Notes under the pieces: generated by a model
What the model was told of the DNA's origin: nothing
Database searches by the model: none
What the model saw: only the letters and a program-made list of their open reading frames with translations
In this document: one piece after another, positions 34,889-44,110 of the stretch
Layout: every line of letters begins with the position of its first letter
How positions within the stretch are numbered: position 1 is the stretch's first letter
Position numbers and translations under genes: made by a program
Virus record (IMG/VR): IMGVR_UViG_3300045450_000050
Coordinates: 71,343-135,342 of that record
Source of the DNA: a virus
Lineage: Duplodnaviria > Heunggongvirae > Uroviricota > Caudoviricetes
Length of the DNA stretch: 64,000 nt
Direction: 5' to 3' (one strand)

Positions 34889-35292
34889 GCGGCCCCCTTC
34901 TTCGTGATCTCGATGTACGCATTGCAGTCACCGTGCCCGCACTCGTAGAGGACCATGGCGACGTTGGGCACCTTCACCCACGTGTGCATAGCGTTGCGCG
35001 GATGGGCCTCGGTGTACCCCTTCGGGTAGAAGACCCGCGCCTTCTCATCTTCGAGCACGTCGATCCCGTAGTTAGCCTGCGGCTTCGGCCCCTGCATGAC
35101 GTACTCGTACGGTCCCCCGAGCGCGGGGCGAGCGGGACGCACAGCCTGGTCCACCGAGCGGGCCGTGACGGCCTGTGTGAGGCCCTGGACGCCGCGGAGC
35201 AGGTCCTGCCACTCGTTCGCCGAAAGAGGTCCGGAGACGGTCACCGTGACCGTTGCGTGTGCTGATGTCACGGCATAGGACATGAGGCTCAT
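34885..35292 (-). CDS. hypothetical protein (135 aa)
   Basis: Trimmed to MSLMSYAVTSAH... Confidence 0.65.
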   Translation of the reverse strand: MSLMSYAVTSAHATVTVTVSGPLSANEWQDLLRGVQGLTQAVTARSVDQAVRPARPALGGPYEYVMQGPKPQANYGIDVLEDEKARVFYPKGYTEAHPRNAMHTWVKVPNVAMVLYECGHGDCNAYIEITKKGAA

Positions 35293-36683
35293 GATTTGCT
35301 TCCGTTCCTGGCGTTGAACGCCTGATCCCACTTCGTCATTTCGTCGTCACGCTTCTTCTCGTCGGCCTTGTTCAGCTCTGCCGTCAGCTCGTCGGTCGTC
35401 ATCTGGTACAGCACGCCGATGTCCTTTGCCTTGACCTCAGTCGGAGCCGCACGCTCCAGCATCGAGTCGAGCCGATGAAGCTGCTTGCGAAGCATCCGTG
35501 TGCCCGTGGACTCGGCCCAGGAACGGGTCGGACGCCAGTAGACCCAGTCCTTCCCGATAGCCAGGCTGACCAGTACCTCGAAGCCCCAGATGTTCGCGGG
35601 GCGCACGGCGTAGCGCATCTCTCCGTGCCGCTTGCGGTACTCCTCGCGCGTGAGCACGAGAGGGCGTCGCCGCGTTGAGTGCTCGTACCTGACACCACTT
35701 TCCGTCACGAACACACGACTGCCCCCGGGGAGGATCTGACTGTGCAGCGTGATGGAGGCGTTCTTCGTCAGCGGGGGAGAGGGCGGGAACGCCTTAGCGT
35801 CCGTTGCGTGCCCCCAGATACCGTCCGGTGTCACGCCCACCGAACGCTGATAGCCGCGCACGGCCTCCGTCGTCGCCCAGTCGTAGTTACTGCCCAGATG
35901 TTGTGGGCTGACATACCCGTTGTTGACCAGGAAGCGCTGGATTTCGGAAGTCGGTCGAGTGACGGGCATCGAGTTGAACCCCGTCGCATTCGCGCGCTTG
36001 CGCTCTGCCAGGCGATGCTCTGTCGCACGACGGCGGGTATCCGCCTCCCACTTGCTCTGCATCGCGGCGTACTTCGCCTTGCGCTGGATCTCATCGTCCT
36101 GCTCCCGGCGCATGGTTTCGGCTTCCTTGCGCCGACGAATGGTGTCCTGAATCTTTGTGGCGGTCACCCCGACGAGATTGGCCGTGTTGTCGGCGAGGAA
36201 GAACGCGGCGTCCTGAGTCCAGGTAGCGCGGCGCGTCTTATACGTGCCCTTGTGGATGGAGTGGTGCAGGCCCGGCACCTCGCACTCGATGTAGACGAGC
36301 GGTCCCACGGACGACGCCGTGAGGATCATGGCCTCGCTGGCGCACCTGACGATCTCGCGAGTGCCCTGGTACTCACCAAAGCTCCCCTTGCGTCCGAGGT
36401 ATCGACCGCTCTTGTCGTAGACCTCGCCACCGCGAAGATCGATCTTGGCTCCACGGTCGCTGTCGTCACCCAAGTTGTTGTACGAGTCCTGCTCCTCGAA
36501 CGGGCAGCCACAGCGGGTCGAGTGGTAGCGGTCGTGCTGGCCGAGCATAGACGAGTTACTTGCCTCGTTCGCCCGCATCTTCGCGCGCAACTGATCCTGA
36601 GTGATGTGCCCGTTCTCCAGGAACCGGCGCAGGAACTCAGGATCACCTCCGTCGCGGTAGCGGTCGTAGTCGGCGTTGCTCAT
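35289..36683 (-). CDS. peptidoglycan-binding (PG_binding_1) domain protein, possible cell-wall hydrolase/lysis accessory
   Basis: 464 aa; NGYVSPQHLGSNYDWATTEAVRGYQRSVGVTPDGIWGHAT matches PG_binding_1. Confidence 0.75.
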   Translation of the reverse strand: MSNADYDRYRDGGDPEFLRRFLENGHITQDQLRAKMRANEASNSSMLGQHDRYHSTRCGCPFEEQDSYNNLGDDSDRGAKIDLRGGEVYDKSGRYLGRKGSFGEYQGTREIVRCASEAMILTASSVGPLVYIECEVPGLHHSIHKGTYKTRRATWTQDAAFFLADNTANLVGVTATKIQDTIRRRKEAETMRREQDDEIQRKAKYAAMQSKWEADTRRRATEHRLAERKRANATGFNSMPVTRPTSEIQRFLVNNGYVSPQHLGSNYDWATTEAVRGYQRSVGVTPDGIWGHATDAKAFPPSPPLTKNASITLHSQILPGGSRVFVTESGVRYEHSTRRRPLVLTREEYRKRHGEMRYAVRPANIWGFEVLVSLAIGKDWVYWRPTRSWAESTGTRMLRKQLHRLDSMLERAAPTEVKAKDIGVLYQMTTDELTAELNKADEKKRDDEMTKWDQAFNARNGSKS

Positions 36684-36883
36684 CAGAATTCCTCGGGACG
36701 TGCCGGGGGGAGGTTCTGCGCGCGGCGCTGCGTGCCCTCGATGACACCCTGCTCACGCGCGGCGCGGATGGCCTTCTGGAAGTAGGCGGCGTTCTTGATG
36801 CGCTGCGAGGCGAACATCACGCCGGAGGCAAACCCACCGCCTGCGAGGGCGACGGCGGCAATGGCAAGCAGAAAAGGGGTCAC
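36683..36883 (-). CDS. small membrane-anchored protein (66 aa)
   Basis: N-terminal TM helix. Confidence 0.6.
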   Translation of the reverse strand: MTPFLLAIAAVALAGGGFASGVMFASQRIKNAAYFQKAIRAAREQGVIEGTQRRAQNLPPARPEEF

Positions 36884-36964
36884 GTGGATGCTCCTTGGAA
36901 GATGAAGGGGTGGGGGGCGGATCGTTACTGACGCCGCTTCTAGGCACGTCCGCCCCCCGATCTG

Positions 36965-37921
36965 TTACTGCGCTGCGGGCGCGTCTCGGTTGAGGAGCAC
37001 GCCGCCCTCGCCGCCGTCGATGATGAGGTTGCCGCCCTTCGAGACCTCGATCAGCGCGTCGATCCGGCGCTGCTCGATCACCTGGGGGGTCAGCGACTCC
37101 GTGAGGATGCGGTTGGCGTCGGCCTCAGCCTGTGCCGCCGCGATCTTCGTCTCGTTCTGGACCGCCGCGGTGCGCTGCTCGGCCTCGGCCGTCTGCGCCG
37201 CCTGGTTGGCCTCCTCGATACGAGTCAGCGCGGCCTCGACATTCTCGTCGAACCGAACGTCCTGGATCGTCACCGCGGAGAACTCGACTCCGTACTGCGC
37301 CAGGCGCTCGTTCAGCGCCTCCTGGATCTTCAGCTCGGCCTCGCCGCGCTTGGCACCGCGGAACTCGATGGCGCTGTACTCGGACGGGATCTGACGCGAG
37401 ATCGACAGCACCTGACGCGAGATGATCTGCTCGGTGAAGCGCTCCTGCGAGCGGAACTCCTGGTAGATGTCCTCGACGTTGTCGGCGTTCACGCCGTAGA
37501 CGAAGGTCATGTCGACACGCGCCTGGGTCGAGCCACCGGCCACGCCACCCACGGAGACGGTGACCTCCTGGCCGTTGACGGTGCCACCCGTGTAGCTGGG
37601 CGCGCCCTGGTCGCCGCCTCCGGCGAAGACCAGTTCCTGGCTGAACAGATCGAAGTCGACGAAGTCGACCCATGCGGGCTTGAAGCCTGACCCGGGCTGC
37701 TCGATGGTGCCGACGACCTGCTTGTCGACGGAGTTGACCATGACCTTGGCCTCACCGACGCCGTTCGTCCACCACGTGGAGAAGAAGATCAGTACGGCGG
37801 CGACGACGCCCATGATGAAGCCGACCAGGATGCTGATGCCGACGCCCTTGGCGAAGCCGTAGATCAGCACTCCGAGGGCGATGACGCCCAACAGGAGGCC
37901 GATGATGAACAGAGCGGTCAT
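36965..37921 (-). CDS. SPFH/band-7 (stomatin/prohibitin-like) membrane protein
   Basis: 318 aa; two N-terminal TM helices; SPFH-type Ala/Glu-rich coiled coil. Confidence 0.85.
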   Translation of the reverse strand: MTALFIIGLLLGVIALGVLIYGFAKGVGISILVGFIMGVVAAVLIFFSTWWTNGVGEAKVMVNSVDKQVVGTIEQPGSGFKPAWVDFVDFDLFSQELVFAGGGDQGAPSYTGGTVNGQEVTVSVGGVAGGSTQARVDMTFVYGVNADNVEDIYQEFRSQERFTEQIISRQVLSISRQIPSEYSAIEFRGAKRGEAELKIQEALNERLAQYGVEFSAVTIQDVRFDENVEAALTRIEEANQAAQTAEAEQRTAAVQNETKIAAAQAEADANRILTESLTPQVIEQRRIDALIEVSKGGNLIIDGGEGGVLLNRDAPAAQ

Positions 37922-37949
37922 ATGACTGCCTTTCGATTGGTGGTGTGGG

Positions 37950-38459
37950 TTAGTCCACGCTGAACGTGCGGACGCTTTGGGCGCGGTCCATCTTGTCGAT
38001 GGCCGCGACGATGAGAGAGCCTGCCTTGACCAGCTCTTCGCGCTTGACGGCGTCGGGCAGGATGTTGGTGGCGTTGGAGAGAGGGCCGAGGCGGAACACG
38101 GCCTGGTTGATCAGGTGTGCCGTCGTGCCGTTGTCGTCGTGCGCTGCGGTGTAGCCGCGCTCGTGGTGGGTCTTGCGCTCGCGCCAGATGTCGTCGAGCA
38201 CGGACGTGGCGTTCAGGTCCTCGAAGCCCTCGACGAAGTTCGCGGGCGGGACGGGCACCACGCCGGAATCGGTCTTGACGAGCCACGGCTGGAAGTCGAG
38301 CGCGCCCAGGTTCTCCTCGGCGCTGGCCAGCTCCTGATCGATGTGCTCTTCGGGCGCATCGAAGCCACGCAGCCAGCCGACCAGCACGTCCTTCCAGTCG
38401 GGGGCGGACAGGTGGACAGCCTCGAACGTGGTCGTGGCGCGAACGGTGGTTGCGGGCAT
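37950..38459 (-). CDS. hypothetical protein (169 aa)
   Basis: Trimmed to MPATTVRATTTFEAVH... Confidence 0.65.
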   Translation of the reverse strand: MPATTVRATTTFEAVHLSAPDWKDVLVGWLRGFDAPEEHIDQELASAEENLGALDFQPWLVKTDSGVVPVPPANFVEGFEDLNATSVLDDIWRERKTHHERGYTAAHDDNGTTAHLINQAVFRLGPLSNATNILPDAVKREELVKAGSLIVAAIDKMDRAQSVRTFSVD

Positions 38460-38460
38460 C

Positions 38461-38703
38461 TCAGGCCTTCTCTCGGAGGTCGTGCACCTCGCGCCAGGAC
38501 GTGTCTTCATCGAAGATCTGCACGCTGACGGAGGCAGGGGAGTTGTGGATGTGGTGATCGATCTGGCCCACGTGGACGGCCACGATGGCGTCGTACACGA
38601 ACTTGGCAGTGTCCAGATCGGGAACGTCGATGGACAGGCCATGGTCGGGCACTGCCGTCATGACGTAGCAGACCCGGAGGTCGCCGTGCTGAGGGATCTT
38701 CAT
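38461..38703 (-). CDS. hypothetical protein (80 aa)
   Basis: Track ORF. Confidence 0.65.
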   Translation of the reverse strand: MKIPQHGDLRVCYVMTAVPDHGLSIDVPDLDTAKFVYDAIVAVHVGQIDHHIHNSPASVSVQIFDEDTSWREVHDLREKA

Positions 38704-38827
38704 GTACGTGATACGCCTTTCGGGCTGTCGAAAACAACCTTCGCGCTCACATGGCTGTCCCCCTCCGGGGCGAATTCACTCAGAGGGGGACGACGCACGC
38801 AGAATAGCGCGAACGTGTCCGAATTGG

Positions 38828-39274
38828 CTACTGCTTCGAGCGCAGTTCCAGGTACTCGGGGATGGACTCGGAGCGGATGGCCAGGGGGTTGGCCCGACGC
38901 ACGAAGTCTCGCCACGACATCAGTGAGTCGAACATGGTCGTCATGTTCTCGGGCGTGGGGTCCCGGTAGAACACGGTGATTGCCGTCTGAAACAACTGGT
39001 GCAGCTTCTTGTAGTCCTTGCGCTGCTTCAGCACGCCAAGACGCCAATCGTCCACGGGCACGAGGGTGGCTCGGGGGAGCCCGTCGTCGTCGATGGCCTC
39101 GGCGTCAGCGCGACCATCGGTGTAGTACCACTGGTGCTCGCGCTTGGCTTGGAGATAGACCTCCACGCCCCCCTCATCACGCTTGGTGACCTCGACGGGG
39201 AAGAACGAGTTCTGTCGCCCGCTGAGGACGTAAGCCACGTCCCCGACCTTCAGTTCTGCGATGGAATTCACCAT
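38828..39274 (-). CDS. hypothetical protein (148 aa)
   Basis: GAGGAGG RBS before ATG 39274. Confidence 0.65.
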   Translation of the reverse strand: MVNSIAELKVGDVAYVLSGRQNSFFPVEVTKRDEGGVEVYLQAKREHQWYYTDGRADAEAIDDDGLPRATLVPVDDWRLGVLKQRKDYKKLHQLFQTAITVFYRDPTPENMTTMFDSLMSWRDFVRRANPLAIRSESIPEYLELRSKQ

Positions 39275-39909
39275 CCGTAGCCTCCTCGGCGTTGCTGTGC
39301 TTCGATGTGCTCGCGGCCCCACGAAGCCTGCCACTGTGTTCGCCGACCGTACTTACGGTGCAGCTTGTGCATCTCGGGCAGGTTGTCCCCGCTCATGTTG
39401 AGCCAGATGTCGTGCCAGGCCATGTCCCACGTCGTGCCCACGGGCCACTTCATGGCCAAAGCGTCGCCCTGGTGGATCGTGACACGGGGGTCGTCGTAGT
39501 GGGGGGCGATGTGCTTGATGATGCGCTCGTCGATCTCGACAACGTCGATGTGCGCGACGTTGTCGAGCTTCAGCAGGGCACCGAGGATCATCCCTGCACC
39601 GAGGCCGTTGATCACCACACGTGCGTTCGGGATGCGCTGGGCCCGGTAGAAGACATGCGAGTGATCGCGCTTCTCGTCGGGGGTGTCGCTCATCCAGAGG
39701 CGACCGTCGATGTAGACGGTGGTGAGTTTCCCGGCGTTGATGCGCCCACGACCGCCGTCGAGAATGGCGCGGAGGCTGGTCGCGTTGGCCTGCTCCTCGG
39801 TGATCTCCTTGACGGTGACCTTGATGCCGTCGACATCCATCTCAGGCAGGCTCAACTCCATGGCCTCGCGGTAGGTGAGGCTGTGGGGGGCGTATGCGGT
39901 GCTGGTCAC
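39268..39909 (-). CDS. Rossmann-fold class I SAM-dependent methyltransferase / spermidine-synthase-like protein
   Basis: VVINGLGAGMILGALL..VVEIDERII nucleotide-binding pattern. Confidence 0.55.
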   Translation of the reverse strand: MTSTAYAPHSLTYREAMELSLPEMDVDGIKVTVKEITEEQANATSLRAILDGGRGRINAGKLTTVYIDGRLWMSDTPDEKRDHSHVFYRAQRIPNARVVINGLGAGMILGALLKLDNVAHIDVVEIDERIIKHIAPHYDDPRVTIHQGDALAMKWPVGTTWDMAWHDIWLNMSGDNLPEMHKLHRKYGRRTQWQASWGREHIEAQQRRGGYGW

Positions 39910-40442
39910 TGGTCGCCCTCCTTGGACATGCTGAAGATTTCGTCGGGGTAGTTCTTAGTGTCCTGGTTGAAGTCGATCCCGGGGTGGAAGATCGACCCCG
40001 GGAAGATCCGCTCGGACTTGGTCTCAGGCCCGCCGTTGCGGAAGGGCTTGGGGTCGAGGCGACGAGTGTCCTCGGTGATGAACGGGGTGGTCTCTTTCAG
40101 GCCACGTGCCGCCTTCGCTGCCTGGAGGACAGCCCCGCGGACGATGCGGCGGGTGTTGGGATCGATGCCGCTGTAGCCGCCGATGGAGCGCTGGGACGAG
40201 ATGCGCTCGGCGATCTGCTCGGGCGTCTCCACCTCGCCGGGGGTCTGGCTGGCGTAGATCTCGCCCAGGTCCTCCCAGAGGCGACGTGCCTCGCGGTCGG
40301 TGAGGTTGACCGTCAGGGACCCGAAGCTGATCGTGGTGGCGTGGAACTCGCCACGCTCGGAGTTGAAAGCAGCGAGCTTGTCATCACGGGTGACCCGGGG
40401 CGGGTTGCTTTCGCCAGTCACGTGAGCGCTGAACCGGCTCAT
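39906..40442 (-). CDS. hypothetical protein (178 aa)
   Basis: Track ORF; ATGA overlaps. Confidence 0.7.
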   Translation of the reverse strand: MSRFSAHVTGESNPPRVTRDDKLAAFNSERGEFHATTISFGSLTVNLTDREARRLWEDLGEIYASQTPGEVETPEQIAERISSQRSIGGYSGIDPNTRRIVRGAVLQAAKAARGLKETTPFITEDTRRLDPKPFRNGGPETKSERIFPGSIFHPGIDFNQDTKNYPDEIFSMSKEGDQ

Positions 40443-40801
40443 CGCTCGGTCTCCGCCGTGAAGATTGCGTCCTTGACGGTCGTCTCCTGCTCGGCTGTAC
40501 GAGCATCGATGACGCGCTGCGCCTCACGGGACAGCAGCAGCTCACGGAGCTGACGGGCGGGGCCGTCGAGCTGCGCGTTGGCCACGCCGGAGGTGACGAT
40601 GGCCACGACCTGCGCGGGCAGGCCGATGTAGCTCGTGGCGCGCGTCAGGTTGGCGTGCTCCTCGTTGGCCTTGGCCCGCTCGATCTCGTTCTCGATGTCG
40701 TCGGCCATGCGGCGCAGCTTGTTGGCCACGGCCTGCGAGGTCTCGTAGATGCGGTTGATGCCGAAGCGCTCGAACGTCTCAGCGCGGTCGTTGGTTTCCA
40801 C
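40439..40801 (-). CDS. hypothetical protein (120 aa)
   Basis: Track ORF. Confidence 0.7.
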   Translation of the reverse strand: METNDRAETFERFGINRIYETSQAVANKLRRMADDIENEIERAKANEEHANLTRATSYIGLPAQVVAIVTSGVANAQLDGPARQLRELLLSREAQRVIDARTAEQETTVKDAIFTAETER

Positions 40802-40913
40802 TGGCGGGTTCCTTAACTCTCGAAGGATTTTGCGGCGGGCCGGAGTGGAACCTATGTGATCCGAGCTGTCTCTTTGTTGGCCCGCCGTGACTACAGGTTA
40901 GCGCGTATGCGCA

Positions 40914-41129
40914 CTAATCCGCAAGTTCGCGTTTTCTGTTGTCCACGCTGACGAACATGCGCGTCTTGTCAGTCACGTCGTCGTCCTGGTGGAACAGCAT
41001 CGAGCCCTGCTCGGTCTCGAAGCGGACGGAGGGTGGGGCCTCTCCCCCGGGGATCAGCATGACGAAGCGCTTCCCGGTGCCGGGGTGGACGAAGACGAAC
41101 GTCTCCTCGGGGGAGGGGTGCCAGACCAT
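40914..41129 (-). CDS. hypothetical protein (71 aa)
   Basis: Trimmed to MVWHPSPEETFVF... Confidence 0.55.
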   Translation of the reverse strand: MVWHPSPEETFVFVHPGTGKRFVMLIPGGEAPPSVRFETEQGSMLFHQDDDVTDKTRMFVSVDNRKRELAD

Positions 41130-41344
41130 CAGTGCTTCCACGTTTCGTGCTCGATCTTGCTCTGATTGGGATAGACACGTATGCGGTGCGAGCGCAAGGC
41201 TGTCTCGCGGGAGAAATGAACGACATTCCGAGGTCCGATACGAACCGCCCAAGCCGACAGATCCAGGCCCAATTCGTCGGCGTATATCTGGATCGTGTTG
41301 GGGCCCAGTCCGACGCCGTGAGGGACCTCAGGAGGGGTCGGCAT
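41129..41344 (-). CDS. hypothetical protein (71 aa)
   Basis: Track ORF. Confidence 0.6.
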   Translation of the reverse strand: MPTPPEVPHGVGLGPNTIQIYADELGLDLSAWAVRIGPRNVVHFSRETALRSHRIRVYPNQSKIEHETWKH

Positions 41345-41600
41345 GGTCGTACTCCCCCACGAACTTCTCGTAGTCGCCGATACGGTCCAGGATGTCCTGG
41401 GCGGCGTTGCTGATGGCCTTCTGGTCGGCCACCACGTACTCGCTGTTGAGCACGGTCGATGCGCCGCGGGACCCGCGCTTGTAGCGCTCGATGAGCTTCA
41501 GGACCATGGGCTTGGTCTGGCTCTTCGGGTTGAGGTCGATCACCCACTTCCGCCCTGGTCCGGGATCGGGGAGGAAGGATAGGTTCTTGTTGTTGGTCAT
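41328..41600 (-). CDS. hypothetical protein (90 aa); likely leaderless mRNA
   Basis: ATG directly preceded by CGTATAACGGGC (-10-like TATAAC) and an upstream terminator hairpin. Confidence 0.6.
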   Translation of the reverse strand: MTNNKNLSFLPDPGPGRKWVIDLNPKSQTKPMVLKLIERYKRGSRGASTVLNSEYVVADQKAISNAAQDILDRIGDYEKFVGEYDHADPS

Positions 41601-41610
41601 GCCCGTTATA

Positions 41611-41656
41611 CGACAAAGACCCCCGAAGCATCCACTCTTCGGGGGTCTTTCGTGAC
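41611..41656. terminator. bidirectional intrinsic terminator downstream of rsr
   Basis: GACCCCCGAAG-N8-CTTCGGGGGTC flanked by T-rich tracts on both strands. Confidence 0.55.
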
Positions 41657-41781
41657 TCCGGCTGGATTCGAGCCAGCAGCAGTGGAGGTTATGAGCCTCC
41701 CGCCCCACCAAGGAAGAGCCGTGGGACAGCATACTCCACCGGCCCGCATGGGGGAAGTTGAGCCGGTGGAGTAGCTGGGTC

Positions 41782-43422
41782 TCACATCTTGGCGAACGCC
41801 GAGATGACCTGGGGAACGGACGAGTCGAAGCCGACCACGTCCAGGGTGCGGGGGTCCTTGGGGTCCGCGACCGAGGACCGCGAGGCGTTGGTCGCCACGA
41901 CGACGAGCTTGGCGTCGATACCCGTTTCCTTGCGGTACTTCGCCAGCTCCTCGTGCGTGTGCGCCGGGCCTGCGTAGGTCTCGTTGTCCGTCATGAGCAC
42001 GAACACGTCGACCTGGATCTTCTGCTCGCGTGCGTAGCGGATCACGCACGACACGTCGGTCATGCGGCCCGTGTGTGCCCGTGCCTCCCACGTTGCCTCC
42101 TGGAGGGTCATGCCCTTTCGGATGCTCAGCGGGTAGGTGTACGCGTCGAAGCCGATGGTGTGGACCTCGGGCTCGATGTTCGCGATAACGCAGGCCATGG
42201 CCGCGCCACCCTCGGACGCCGTCATGTTGGGCACGTCAGCGATGCGAGCACCCATCGATCCGGAGGTGTCCACGCCCACGAGGTAGCGCAGACCCGTGGG
42301 CTCTGCGAACTTGAACGCGAGATGGAACGCCTCGTCGAGCGCGGCGATGATGCGCTGGTTGGGCACCCAAGTGGCCGTCGAGCGGGCCTGGGTGGAGTGA
42401 CCGAGCGCGTACGCCTTCTGGGCGAGCAGGATCGTCATCGGGTGCAGGCGCGCCTTGGCCAGCGCGTCACGATCCGTCAGACGGTCCACCACGAGCTGCG
42501 TCTTGCCTCCGAGGGGAACGATGACACCGATGCGCGTCAGACGCGAGAGCTGGCGGAGCAGCGCGCCCAGGGGCACGTTGTTGTTCTCCAGCAGGGCCGT
42601 CCAGACCGCCTCGTTGTTCAGCGCCGACGAGGGCAGCATCTCCCACGACAGGCCGTACGTCTTGATGATCGAGATCAGCTCGGACACCTTGGCGCTGGGC
42701 GTGTTCTCCCACTCCAGGGCCTTCAGGTTGCCGGTGACAGCCTTGGGCAGCAGCACGCGCGAGGGGTCTTCGACGCGGCCGAGCGTGTAGTCCATGAGGT
42801 GGCGGAACAGCTCGTCCTCGCTCGACTTGGTGGGCCGAGCGAGCTTGATCAGGTCGGCGTGCGACCATCCCTCGCGGTTCTTGTACTTCGTGAGCTGGTA
42901 GCCGAGGCGCTCGATGTCCTTGCCCTCGTACCAGCGCTTGAACGCCTTGCGGGCACCCATACCGAAGCCCTTGCCTCCGCGAAGGTTCTTCAGGAACTCG
43001 GCGAACATGAACAGCGTCGTGCCCGTACGGCAGACCTTGTCGACCTGCTGGTACGCGTAGCTGCGCGCGGCGTCGTCCTCGGTGGTCGCGATGACCAGAG
43101 CGAGCGCGAAGATGGCGGGGTCCTGCTTGGGAGCGCGGCCCTCGACCGAGACCGAGACGATGAGATCGATCAGTTCGAACACCTTGTCGGTGCGAGCCAC
43201 GTCCTCGATGTCGCTGACGCGCTTCAGCGTCAGCTTCTGGCCGGTCTGGTAGAAGCCGCTCTCGGCACCGAGGATGAGGAAGCGCTTGATGGCTTCCATC
43301 TTGCCGACCTTGAAGACGTAGCCGCCCGCGGCGTTCTTCTTCTGCTCGGGTGCGGCCTTCTTCGTGCCGGGCGTGGTCTTCTGAACGGGTGCTCCGACCG
43401 TGCGGAGAGTGCTGTTACCCAT
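41782..43422 (-). CDS. rsr: Ro60-like TROVE-domain protein with C-terminal vWA/MIDAS domain
   Basis: 546 aa after trimming the track ORF to ATG 43422 (AAAGGA RBS); N-terminal GGYVFKVGKMEAIKRFLILGAESGFYQ, C-terminal MIDAS VGVDTSGSMG; adjacent Y-RNA-like array. Confidence 0.8.
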   Translation of the reverse strand: MGNSTLRTVGAPVQKTTPGTKKAAPEQKKNAAGGYVFKVGKMEAIKRFLILGAESGFYQTGQKLTLKRVSDIEDVARTDKVFELIDLIVSVSVEGRAPKQDPAIFALALVIATTEDDAARSYAYQQVDKVCRTGTTLFMFAEFLKNLRGGKGFGMGARKAFKRWYEGKDIERLGYQLTKYKNREGWSHADLIKLARPTKSSEDELFRHLMDYTLGRVEDPSRVLLPKAVTGNLKALEWENTPSAKVSELISIIKTYGLSWEMLPSSALNNEAVWTALLENNNVPLGALLRQLSRLTRIGVIVPLGGKTQLVVDRLTDRDALAKARLHPMTILLAQKAYALGHSTQARSTATWVPNQRIIAALDEAFHLAFKFAEPTGLRYLVGVDTSGSMGARIADVPNMTASEGGAAMACVIANIEPEVHTIGFDAYTYPLSIRKGMTLQEATWEARAHTGRMTDVSCVIRYAREQKIQVDVFVLMTDNETYAGPAHTHEELAKYRKETGIDAKLVVVATNASRSSVADPKDPRTLDVVGFDSSVPQVISAFAKM

Positions 43423-43445
43423 GGATGTCGTCCTTTCGATCAGGG

Positions 43446-43502
43446 CATAGAAAAATCCCGGGGGTGGACTGGCTGTTGGCCAGTATGGGACCCACCCCCG
43501 GG
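43446..43502 (-). terminator. intrinsic terminator between the Y-RNA-like array and rsr
   Basis: Minus-strand hairpin CCCGGGGGUGG...CCACCCCCGGG followed by AUUUUUCU. Confidence 0.6.
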
Positions 43503-43504
43503 AC

Positions 43505-43737
43505 GGGGAATCCAGACAGGAGATCGCTGCGCGAGGATCTAGGCAGTGATAACGCGGAGCTAACAGCCTGGAAAGTTTAGTGGGCAGACAGGAAACGCAA
43601 TCGGGAATGGTTGTTTGAGTTTGAGTCAAATTGATAACCCGGAAGCAGCAGCCTGCTCATGTGAAGTTGTAAGGCCCGACAGGAAACGACCCGGGAGAGT
43701 ATCACCACAAGATAACCCGGACCAGACAGCCTGGCCT
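43505..43737 (-). ncRNA. three tandem short Y-RNA-like stem modules (no tRNA-like domain)
   Basis: Each starts CAGGCUG-N-(C/G)GGUUAUC and ends CCUGUCUG, with complementary 5' and 3' arms. Confidence 0.4.
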
Positions 43738-43774
43738 TTGTGAATGAGAGAGCTTTGACCCTCTCTCACCCGAG

Positions 43775-43918
43775 AAAAATAATGTCAGACAGGAAGGCGA
43801 ACCTCGCGTTTAGGCGCTCTGCCGATTGAGCTATACCGGATTGCTCCGGCACTGGGACTCGAACCCAGAACATCCCGCTTAGAAGGCGATAACGAGATTC
43901 AGGCAGCCTGACATCTTC
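43775..43918 (-). ncRNA. Y-RNA-like ncRNA with circularly permuted tRNA-like domain (module 2)
   Basis: Minus strand: T-arm CUGGG-UUCGAGU-CCCAG, 7-bp acceptor-like stem UGCCGGA/UCCGGUA closed by GCAA loop, D-arm GCUC-AAUCGGCA-GAGC; 5' and 3' ends pair in a long imperfect stem. Confidence 0.6.
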
Positions 43919-43930
43919 TTCTGTTGTGTT

Positions 43931-43964
43931 CTGATTATTGCACGACTCGCGCTAACGAGTCAAG
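43931..43964 (-). promoter_or_regulatory. promoter-like motif copy inside the Y-RNA locus
   Basis: CTGATTATTGCACGACTCGCGCTAACGAGTCAAG. Confidence 0.5.
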
Positions 43965-44110
43965 TAGTACCGCAGACAGGGGGCGAGTTCGGAGATTTTA
44001 CGCTGCTCTACCAACTGAGCTACCCCCCGATGTGGTCGGGGGACCTGGACTCGAACCAGGGACCAACGGCTCCGGATGCGATAACCGAGTCTCTTCAGCC
44101 TGCGGAAGTC
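43945..44110 (-). ncRNA. Y-RNA-like ncRNA with circularly permuted tRNA-like domain (module 1)
   Basis: T-arm CCUGG-UUCGAGU-CCAGG, acceptor-like stem UCCCCCG/CGGGGGG closed by 7-nt loop, D-arm GCUC-AGUUGGUA-GAGC, flanking complementary arms. Confidence 0.55.
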
